A stretch of DNA of 64,000 nucleotides. Origin: Macrostomum lignano. Lineage: Eukaryota. The DNA lies in contig NIVC01000764.1 of NCBI GenBank assembly GCA_002269645.1, positions 186,001 to 250,000 on the forward strand, read 5' to 3'. The notes under the pieces were generated by a model, which saw nothing but the letters and a program-made list of their open reading frames with translations, was not told the origin of the DNA and ran no database searches. A program made the position numbers and the translations under genes. Positions 12,421 to 22,654 of the stretch are shown one piece after another (position 1 is the stretch's first letter; every line of letters begins with the position of its first letter).

Positions 12421-12906
12421 ATTTTGCAGGGCAATGGCCATTTAGAGCAACTGCATTGGGCCACTAGATCATACATTTAGGCCAAAAAGTTATTAATATT
12501 AAATTCGCTTTGCTCTACTTAGCTTTGAAGATAGCGAGACAAAAAAATATAGGAAATTCCTATCTTGCTACTGTATAATCAGCCATAAAAACAGCGCATC
12601 TACGGTAAAAAGTGTTTTTTTGCAATCGCAAGCAGTTTTTAAAAACTTGTCTAAATTTAGTCGTCAGCATATTGTTTATCAATTGGCCGATTACTGAAAA
12701 ACTGTTAACTGATTCAACAGATTAAAGACTTGATAGTCCAGCCGCACCTGTGGCAGCAGCGCACCATGGCGGACGGATAAAGTTTGCCTAGTCAAATGGG
12801 GCTTAAAGAAACAGTTTGCACACAATTGAAAGAGTTTAACCATGCGACTCCTGTACGAGTGCAGGTGCAGTAGGCTGCAATTGCTGACTTATTAGGACGC
12901 TCGCCA

Positions 12907-13350
12907 GCACAGACAGACAGACAGACACTAAGACAGATACAGACAGACAGACACAAAGACAGATACAGACAGACAGACACTAAGACAGATACAGACAGAC
13001 ACTAAGACAGATACAGACAGACAGACACAAAGACAGATACAGACAGACAGACACTAAGACAGATACAGACAAAATGACACAAAGACAGATACAGACAGAC
13101 AGACACTAAGACAGATACAGACAGACAGACACAAAGACAGATACAGACAGACAGACACTAAGACAGATACAGACAGACAGGCACTAAGACAGATACAGAC
13201 AGACAGGCACTAAGACAGATACAGACAGACAGACACAAAGACAGATACAGACAGACAGACACAAAGACAGATACAGACAGACAGACACAAAGACAGATAC
13301 AGACAGACAGGCACTAAGACAGATACAGACAAAATGACACAAAGACAGAT

Positions 13351-13399
<49 letters not shown>

Positions 13400-13402
13400 T
13401 AC

Positions 13403-13445
<43 letters not shown>

Positions 13446-13448
13446 TAC

Positions 13449-13511
<63 letters not shown>

Positions 13512-13514
13512 TAC

Positions 13515-13553
<39 letters not shown>

Positions 13554-13606
13554 TACAGAGAGACAGACAGACACACAGGCAGACACACAGGCAGACACAG
13601 AGACGC
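12907..13606. repeat. GACA-based compound microsatellite
   Basis: gacagatacagacagacag units. Confidence 0.95.
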
Positions 13607-13638
13607 TAAGTCAGGCAGTCAGCAGTCCAAAAGCTCAC

Positions 13639-14297
13639 CTTAATCAGGTGAATCATGTCCTTCTGCTCGATCAGACTGTACTCGGGCAGCCGTTTAACAA
13701 ACAGCACAAACCGCTGCACAAATGACAGCGTGATGGCAAACGGAGCCTCCAGAGTCACCGGCGCGTTAGTCGCCGACCTGATCCTGTCCGAGTCCTGCGG
13801 CTCCACGTTGTTCATGACGCCGTCCAGGGCGCCTCTGATCACGTCGATGATGGCGGCGCTGGCCGGCGACAGCGGCCGCCTGTCAGTCCAGCGCGGCATC
13901 GCCGGCTCCGGCTCCTCCTCGCGCAGGAACGCCAGCACGCTGGGCCGGCCGACTGCGGCTGGCGACGCTCCGTCGACCACGCCAGGAGGAGGCGACGCCG
14001 AGACTACGGCGGCTCCAGCGGCGGTCGTGACGCCTGACGATGAGGCCAGAAGGGTCGGCGGAGGCGGCACCTGGCAGTGCGATCCGGACGAAGGCTGGAA
14101 GCCGCCGCCGCACTTGCCGGAGCTGCAGCAGCCCGGATTGTGCTCCAGCTTGAACACGGGCATCGCCAGTGACGCCTGCGGCTGCTGATCGACTGACAGG
14201 AGCGTCGGCATTGGCGGCGTCCGGGTCGGGGTGGAGCCGGAGCGGCACTCCCGGTTGCAGCGGGTCTTGGCCCGGCGCTGCTGCAGTTCGGTCTCGT
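13639..14297 (-). CDS. HR96: NR1J/HR96-like exon (hinge and LBD signature)
   Basis: Acceptor ccgcag|AC, phase 1 (WILNETELQQRR); FVKRLPEYSLIEQKDMIHLIK LBD signature; donor AAG|GTGAGC, phase 0. Confidence 0.88.
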
Positions 14298-14334
14298 CTG
14301 CGGCGGGGGGGGGGTTTGGAAGAGATTGGGCATC

Positions 14335-15303
14335 ATTGGCTTCAGGACCTGAGGTCAATGATGTCTGATTGCTTCAGGACCTGAGGACAATGATGTCTGA
14401 TTGCTTCAGGACCTGAGGACAATTATGTCTGATTGCTTCAGGCCTGAGGACAATTATGTCTGATTGCTTCCGAATCTGAGGACAATGATGTCTGATGGCT
14501 TCAGGATCTGAGGACATGATGTCTGATGGCTTCAGGATCTGAGGACATGATGTCTGATGGCTTCAGGACCTGAGGACAATGATGTCCGATTGCTTCAGGA
14601 TCTGAGGACAATGATGTCCGATTGCTTAAGGGTCTGAGGACAATGATGTCCGATTGCTTCAGGGTCTGAGGACAATGATGTCCGATTGCTTCAGGGTCTG
14701 AGGACAATGATGTCTGATTGCTTCAGGGTCTGAGGACAATATCCGATTGCTTCAGGGTCTGAGGACAATAATGTCTGATTGCTTCAGGACCTGAGGACAA
14801 TGATGTCTGATGGCTTCAGGGTCTGAGGACAATGATGTCCGATTGCTTCAGGGTCTGAGGACAATGATGTCCGATTGCTTCAGGATCTGAGGACAATGAT
14901 GTCTGATGGCTTCAGGATCTGAGGACAATGATGCCGGATTGCTTCAGGACCTGAGGACAATGATGCCTGATTGCTTCAGGACCTGAGGACAATGATGCCT
15001 GATTGCTTCAGGACCTGAGGACAATGATGCCTGATTGCTTCAGGACCTGAGGACAATGATGCCTGATTGCTTCAGGACCTGAGGACAATGATGCCTGATT
15101 GCTTCAGGACCTGAGGACAATGATGTCTGATTGCTTCAGGACCTGAGGACAATGATGCCTGATTGCTTCAGGACCTGAGGACAATGATGTCTGATTGCTT
15201 CAGGACCTGAGGACAATGATGTCTGATTGCTTCAGGACCTGAGGACAATGATGCCTGATTGCTTCAGGACCTGAGGACAATGATGTCTGATTGCTTTAGG
15301 TTC
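14335..15303. repeat. 32-bp minisatellite (gattgcttcaggacctgaggacaatgatgtct)
   Basis: Fills the intron between the receptor exons at 14297 and 15383. Confidence 0.96.
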
Positions 15304-15382
15304 TGATGGCAGGTTAATTAAATTGTTTGTGGAACCTGAGGACCTAATAAGATAAGGCAATAAAAGTACATCGAGTACTCAC

Positions 15383-15500
15383 TCAGAATCCAGTCCTTCT
15401 TCATGCCAACGCTGAAACACTTCTTTAACCGGCAGGCCGAACAAAATTTCCTCGTATTGACCGACACGTCGCAGGCGCCTGAGAAATTGCATTTCTGCTC
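15383..15500 (-). CDS. HR96: NR1J/HR96-like exon (second zinc finger)
   Basis: ttcttctag|GAG...EQKCNFSGACDVSVNTRKFCSACRLKKCFSVGMKKDWIL; donor A|GTGAGT, phase 1. Confidence 0.95.
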
Positions 15501-16341
15501 CTAGAAGAAAGTAAGAGTTGCAGACTAGAAAAAAATAATTAATTACTCGTTGAAGAAAGGCCGTTCGAAATTCGAATAGAAATCACAAACATTCGTAGCA
15601 CGTGCGTGGAGCTAATGTATTTTTTTACTATTAGACTTGCTGTTTAGTTTTCATTAGAAGCATCAGTGCACGAGCACTAATAAGAGCTGAGAAGAGAGAA
15701 AAAAGCAGTCATGGGCGTGCAAGAAAGCTGCTCAGCGCCCACCGAAAACCTTTGGGTAGCAGACAGACAGACAGACAGACAGACACACATGGATACAGAA
15801 ATAATATCCGAAACAAGCAGGTGAGTAGCGAGTCTCCCAAAAGAATTTCTATCTTGATAAAGCCTAACCATCCCTAACCTTAGGCTTAGGCATTATCTTC
15901 CCGTGAAGCCAGGTGTGCGTGTGTGTGCGAGACGTCTGATCCGCTAGACAGCATATTGGATCTATCTTCTATGCTCTTGCATAGATATATAGGTAAGAAC
16001 ACACAAGGTAATCTGGTCGAGTCAGTCTACAATAGCATTGAAGCCTCCAGAGGAACACTAAGAGCATGTGTATAGTCCACCTACAATAGCCCAACAAATA
16101 ATCCAATGAAAGCCTTAATATATAAAACGCAAAGGAAAAAGAACTAAGGAAATTAAAAATTTTTTTATTGATTACCGATAGCTATAAGCACATGGGTAAA
16201 GTGAAAGAGAGGACTTGACACTGATCTTAAATGCATGAGATGGGGGATTTAGAACAAAGAAATATTAATTACAGACAAAGAAGTTGCAGCAGATTAAGGG
16301 GCGGTTGTGAAATGAGTTGACAGGAAAAGGTTAGGGATACT

Positions 16342-16946
16342 AGGAAGGAAGAGAGAGGGAGAGAGGGAATAGGGAGAGAAAAAGAGGGAGATGGATAGAG
16401 GGAGAGGGAGAGAGGGGGAGGGAGAGGGAGGAAGAGGGAGGGAGAGAGAGAAGGGAAGGAAGAGAAAGAGGGAGCGAAGGAGAGAGGGGGGAGAAAGGGA
16501 GAGAGGGAGAGGGGGAGAGAGGGAGAGAGGGAGAGAGGGAGGGAGAAAGGGAGAGAGGAAGAGAGGGAGGGAGAAAGGGAGAGAGGGAGAGGGGGAGAGA
16601 GGGGGGAGAAAGGGAGAGAGGGAGAGAGGGAGAAAGGGAGAGAGGGAAGAGGGAGGGAGAGAGGGAGAGAGGGAGAGAAAAAGAGGAAGATAGATAGAGG
16701 GGAAGGGAGAGAGGGAGAGGGAGGGAGAAAGGGAGAGAGGGAGAGGGGGAGAAAGGGAGAGAGGGAGAGAAAAAGAGGAAGATAGATAGAGGGGAAGGGA
16801 GAGAGGGAGAGGGAGGGAGAAAGGGAGAGAGGGAGAGGGGGGAGAAAGGGAGAGAGGGAGAGGGGGGAGAGAGAGGGGGAGAAAGGGAGAGAGGGAGAGA
16901 AAAAGAGGAAGATAGATAGAGGGGAAGGGAGAGAGGGAGAGAGGGG
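16342..16946. repeat. GA-rich low-complexity repeat
   Basis: gggagagaggg runs. Confidence 0.95.
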
Positions 16947-17410
16947 ATGGAGACTCTAAGAAAATCTAACTGAAAACAGTCCAAAAGTACAGAAGATCCT
17001 AACCGAGGCCTTTGGTGTCATGCGCTTCTTCCCTGCCTGCAATCCGAGCAGGCGAGAGATGAGAAGGGAAAGCAGGAGAGACAGTCGGACAGACAGGGAA
17101 AATCCTGATAATAATTAGTTGAAAACAGTCCATAATTAGCTATAGCATCAGCTCAGACTGCAAGCAATCTGTACTATTGACTGTGTAACCTACTGAGATG
17201 AAGCAAGCCCGATAGCTTATACTGCGTACTTATTCATTCACTAACAACACTGAAGTTATAAAAACACGCACTAATTTTAGACATTAATAATAAACCGACC
17301 AGTCTGTAACTTTGGATTCAAAGTGGCCAGAATGGAACGCCTTAAATTCATAAAGTTTTCCTAGCCATCTGGTTTAAAATGATCATATACTGCAGCACGA
17401 GGAACGTATT

Positions 17411-17715
17411 GGAATTGTAGCCTAGTAGTCAGAGCGTCGGACTCCGTCGGACCCTGATCGAAGGCCGGGGGTTCGATTCTTGACTCACTCGGAACAATTT
17501 GTGTCCTTGAGCAAAACACTCTTAACTCTGCATTGCTTCAGTTCACCCCAGCTGTAAAATGGGTGCCAGCATTAGCTGGGGTAATTGAGGGTTTGTGTGG
17601 CGACCCCTCAACAGCCTTCAGATGCGCCGCGCAATAGCTGCGGCTGAGCTGTCGGTTGCACATCTGCCCATTAGGACAGGTGTAATCAATTATTATTACG
17701 AGCTATTATTATTAG
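17411..17715 (+). mobile_element. tRNA-derived CORE-type SINE
   Basis: A box TAGCCTAGTAG, B box GGTTCGATTC, then CCTTGAGCAAAACAC..TTAAC..TGCTTCAGTT..CTGTAAAATGGG resembling the MIR/CORE domain; (TAT)n tail; second copy at 43041-43334. Confidence 0.8.
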
Positions 17716-17814
17716 TTAGGACGTTTAACTAATGCTTTAGATAGAAATTCAGGTCATAGACTACATTAATTTGGTGAGGGGGGGGGGGTTCGAACGACGC
17801 AAACTCATGCCAAG

Positions 17815-18475
17815 GACCACTAAAAGAAGGACGGGACACTTCGTCTCCCGGAAAATTTATTGAAGGCTGATTTTCACGGAAAAATGCACTAGCAAGATAG
17901 GAACTTTTCACTTTTTTCACTTTAAAATGGTGATAGCTTTTTATTGGAAGCAGATACAATGCTCTTCTTTTGATATAACTTACAAAACATGTTGCTTCGA
18001 CGGATTTTATAAAGATTTTTCCATGATATGTCTAATTCATTGCTTATTCATTTTAAGTTTTTAAATATGTACCTACCTTAGCTATACTAGCTATGTGTAG
18101 ACATGAATTAGGCATATAATTATAGCCAACTGTTTTTTAATGATATATTGCTAATAAATATATACATTGGATTAATCAGATATTGTAAAATTCAAGTTAG
18201 TCACCAGTTAGGCCTAGCTTTAGACTATAATTGCTGCATGATATAGCTAGTAACTAAAATAATATGAAGATCAATTATTCATGAAAAAATCTTTATAAAA
18301 TCCGTCGAAGCAACATGTTTTGTAAGTCATATCAAAAGAAGAGCATTGTATCTGCTTCCAATAAAAAGAAAAAAAGTGAAATGTTCCCATCTCGCTAGTG
18401 CACCTTTGCATGAAAATCAGCCTTTAATAAATTTTCCAAGAAACGAAGTGTCCCGTCCTTCTTCCTCTAGTGGTC
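17815..18475. mobile_element. Foldback/MITE-like element with about 200-bp imperfect inverted arms
   Basis: gaccact..aagaaggacgggacacttcgt...ataaagattttttccatg at left is mirrored by catgaaaaaatctttataaa...acgaagtgtcccgtccttctt..agtggtc at right; no TSD found. Confidence 0.8.
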
Positions 18476-18534
18476 AGGAGTCAGCGGTATGGGCTGAGTT
18501 GCCGTGAGCATTCAAAATGAGCTCCCTCCCAAAC

Positions 18535-19092
18535 CTTTTTCTTGAGCGCATTTCGCCTGAAAAACGCTTTACACGATTCGCAGGTGACAGCGTCAAAATT
18601 ATAGCCCAGCGCTTTGTCGCCGCACACGTGACAAAGAAACGGCTCGTCAGCTTCTGGCATTTGCACTTTGTACCGGCGCTTCCGGTGCGGCGGCTGGCCG
18701 GAAGCGGCAGCCGACGATGGTCTCGACGCCGCCGAGGATGTTGACGCGTTACTGTTCGATCCAACGGTGACCGAAGCGGCGGTGGCGGCGGCGGCAACGG
18801 CGGCGGCGGAGGATGTCGCGGCGATGTCCAGCTGATTGTCCGAGGAGTTGGACACCAGCGAATGGTTGGCGATGGAGCCAGACGGAGAGTTGTATGACGA
18901 GCTGGCCGAGCAGGCGTCTTCGTCATCAACTGCCACCAGACTGGAGAGGCTCTGATGATGCTGCTGCTGATGATGCTGCATACGCATTTGGACCTGCTGA
19001 TGGTGCTGCTGCAGCTCTTGGAACTGCTCCTGGTTGAGCTGGTGCAGCTGCTGATGCTGTTGCAGCAGGAGGCGCGGACTCAAATAGGAGCC
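18535..19092 (-). CDS. HR96: NR1J/HR96-like exon (Q/H-rich A/B region, first zinc finger)
   Basis: CHVCGDKALGYNFDAVTCESCKAFFRRNAL; the ESCKA P-box is characteristic of NR1J (HR96/DAF-12/NHR-8); acceptor ccgcag|GGC, donor AAG|GTTTGG, both phase 0. Confidence 0.93.
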
Positions 19093-19871
19093 CTGCGGCT
19101 GCGGGGGGGGGAGAGATGTTCAGATGTTCAGCCTCACAAACTTGACAAGTCTCTGTGCCATATCTGCACATCTACAGACTTTGTCTCAAAAATCTTACAG
19201 CCTCTTTAATGAGACCATTTTGCATGCCTTTAGAAATAAAATCCTAATAAAACCATTAAAGACAAAATCGCGATTTCCTAAATTGCTGCTTAAAGTCGAG
19301 TCCACAGCTGTGAGCCATCCAGCAATTATCAAAATTACAATATTCACCAACGAGTTATCTGCCTCGTTACACGTAAATAGAAAGAAATGACAGAAAAATG
19401 GCAGATTTAAGGACCGATGTTAAAAGAAACTGTCTCAGTCACACAGCCAGACAGACGGTTAGACGGAAAAAAGTACAGGAAGTTTCATTACTTTAATGAG
19501 ACCCGAACAAACAAGAGAGCAGAGCACACAGCTCAATGGGAAAAACAGTTGCAAAAATAAAAGCAGGACAGAAAAAAAGTTGGTTCCACCAGAATCCAGG
19601 GCCGCGGCCCATTAATCAAAGTCATTTAAAGCAGTTTCTTGCTTCATTCAAAACAGACAATTGCAGACGACCAAATAAAGTCTCCAAAACAGAAAACTTC
19701 CAGACACAATGCCGATTTCATTAATTAAAGCGAAAAAATTTTGGGGATTAAAGCTTCGCGAAAAATTCTAGTATTCACGTCTCAATGACAAAGCTTTGAC
19801 TTAATCATTTTTTTCAAAGTCAACTAACGTACTCTGGTAAGTCAGTGCGTAAAGACGTACACTTAAGAAAA

Positions 19872-20256
19872 GTCGACAAATGACAAATGACAAGTGTCAA
19901 GCGCCAAAGATTTTGGTTTCATAAACATGGGTCCTTACTCGTGTTAAAAATAACTCAATTTTATGTCTATGGTTAAGACACAATATGAAATCGACCCAGA
20001 GTTGAGCCCACAGACCACAATTTTAGGATCTGTGTTTTAGACAGACTTGCTTTAAAGACGGCCTCTGCGTTCTTCTTGGACTTCAATACACAGCTTTGCG
20101 ACTTGCCAAAAACACATGACAAGAGGAAGTATTTTCACACGGAAGCATCCAGCTTAGTGCATGTCTATGGACGAAACCCCCGAAGAAGCGCTTGTAGTTT
20201 GTTAAATTTCGCTTGTCACTTGTCACTTGTAACTTGTCATTTGTAATCTGTCCGAC
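19872..20256. mobile_element. Possible small MITE with inverted TGACAA(A/G) subterminal repeats
   Basis: gtcgacaaatgacaaatgacaagtgtcaagcg versus cgcttgtcacttgtcacttg...tgtccgac. Confidence 0.45.
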
Positions 20257-20957
20257 AAGTGCTTTATGAAATAAGCCCCTGACGACTGATTTTAGCGCAC
20301 CGTGCCCTAAATTGCGAATTGATTTCTGTTGTCATTGCTTTCTGTGGTTTGTCTGTGTCAGATTTCTGTCACGCTGGCATACAGCGTCACCAATTGGAAT
20401 GAAGAAATAACTGAGATTTATTTTTATTATCTAGCCAGTATTTTGCTTATCTAAGCCTTTTTTCGTACGAAAAAATCGTATTGTGTTGCACTTTCACAAG
20501 CAGCGAGACGCAACCTACGGTCTCGTGCGTGCGCTAACCAGGCTAGTGCGTGGAGACGACAGACACGGCAGCAGCAGCAGCCGCAGCGGCAGTAGCAGAT
20601 AAACAAAAAACGAAGACCCCAAAACGAAACCCGCTGCAACAGCGATAAGACCGTAGAATACATGGCCTTAATATAAGAGTTCTATCTATCCATTGTACAA
20701 ATGCTGCGGTCAGCAACAAGTTTTTCAATTTATTTACTTTTGTACGCGCCTATTGCTTTGGGTGTTACCTATATTTAGCAAGTTAGCAAGTTATCATATC
20801 AGGTCAGTTGTCTGTGTTAAAAGTCTGCGTTAAAATTTCAAATAACCCAGACTAACCACGTAGGCTAAACTGAACTAACCGAACCCTAATCAGTGAGTGC
20901 CGGCCCACTACAGTTGTCTAAGGGACCCAACGTATGTCTTTTAAAAACTTTACTCAC

Positions 20958-20972
20958 CTGATAGCTGTTCAT
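20958..20972 (-). CDS. HR96: Candidate proximal first coding exon of the receptor (MNSYQ)
   Basis: ATG AAC AGC TAT CAG|GTGAGT: consensus donor, phase 0, in frame with the exon at 19092; would give a 654-aa protein. Confidence 0.6.
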
Positions 20973-22654
20973 TGAACTATAGTTTAGTTTTTTTGTGGAG
21001 AAATTGAAAATTTATTGGTACTTCTGTTCGATTCAATACAATATTTAGCTTTCTCACGCGGCTGGCAGAGGCAGAAGCTTGGCTTGAAGCAAAACAACGG
21101 CTTCAGTGGCTAAATGAAATTTACTAAGCTAGTTAGAGAGGAAAGTAAAGACGATCTAAGAGAATCTGCTGCGCAAAAAGCAAAAGGAAGGCAGACCATG
21201 CAATTTGGTGCGGTTCTCCTCGACTTGCCTCCTCTTTTTAGGCTCTTTCTTACCCGCCGCCTCGCTGATCTCTCATAGGCTGAGGGAACCACTTGCAGAA
21301 ATTGGGAAAGAGAGGCAAGGGAGAATGCAAGCGATAAATTTAATGTGGCCAGCTTCGCCTGTCAGATTTCCTGGCCCTGATAGGCTAGCTATAATCCCTA
21401 CGATGAAGACTGGAAGCTGGGAGCCAGGTAGACCAATAATCTAGGTAGAATAAAAAAATCTGAAATAATCTGCAAAGTTGTTCAAATACTCACACGAAGT
21501 CCGCCCAATAATGTCAATGCTAATCCGCTCATTACTATGGAGAAATTCAAATCAGGCAGATCCTCGTTAGCAATTTGTTTCAACTGGTCGTCGCTAGCTG
21601 GCATGGTTACTCAAGTTGTTGAGAGGAAATCTTAAGATTGAAACATGAAACAAAGTACTGTAAAGAAATTTCTTTCTGTTATTGCAGCCAATGTTGCGCT
21701 TATTTAGGTCTATATATGAGCGACAAGTGAAAACATGAAAAATAAAGAATTATAAAAATCGTTCTCGACTGCGCGAGACAAATTTTTTTTATATATAACT
21801 TCAGGGCCGTGATCTATGCCTGCATTTGCATTTTTACGTACATGCGCGCGTGAGGGCACTGATTTGTGCAGGATTTTTGCGCTTCTACTATAAGCGCAAC
21901 TGTGACAACCAACCAGCCAACACGACAAGACCAGACGAGAGCCGGGGTTTCGGGGGTGGCTAGTTAAGTGCTGTGTCTGGTAAATTTTGGCTTGGCAGTT
22001 TTTTTTAGCTGTGAACATTTCTAGGCCTAGACTTGGACTTGTTGACAGGCTAAGGCCGAGAGGCTATAGGAGGACGAAAAAGTACGGAGAAGACGAAGTC
22101 GCTTCACAAGGCTGGCTAGCCAATAAAACATTATCGACTTTGAAAGTGACACGGCGGCTTGCATTGGATTCTTTTTTTTCAACGCAAATTTGCATTCGAA
22201 ACAGATTTGCAGCTGCTGCAAAAAGTTTCGGTTCAGCTGCTCTGCGCACCAAACTTGGAGGTGGAGAGAGGTGGAGGGGCGCAGGGTCGAGAAAAAGCAC
22301 GGAGGGTGCGGTCTGACTTCGTAAGAAAGTTCAGCTGCCTGAGGCAAGAACGACCCGCATTGTTGTATCGCTTGGATGTTCTCAGATGAGTACATGTAGA
22401 AAAATAGTACTTTTTAAAGACGCAAACTTTTATTGAGTCCCCAATGGGTGTAACATAGATTAACTAGGGAAAAATAGAAGCAGAAAATACAGTGAAAATC
22501 TATAAATAAAGGGTTCTGCTCTGTTTGCAGTCAGGGGCTACGACGATGGCATTTTCGACGATATTACTTACTAAATAGGCTTCTATTTTTTTCGGACTAT
22601 AGTTGACAATCTCTTTCAGTGTCACTATCGGAACAGAAAGTCCCGACTAGCGTA

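Noticed and set aside
17411-17490. tRNA gene
   Set aside because: A/B boxes are present, but the sequence continues into a CORE domain and tail, and a second copy exists; it is a SINE head
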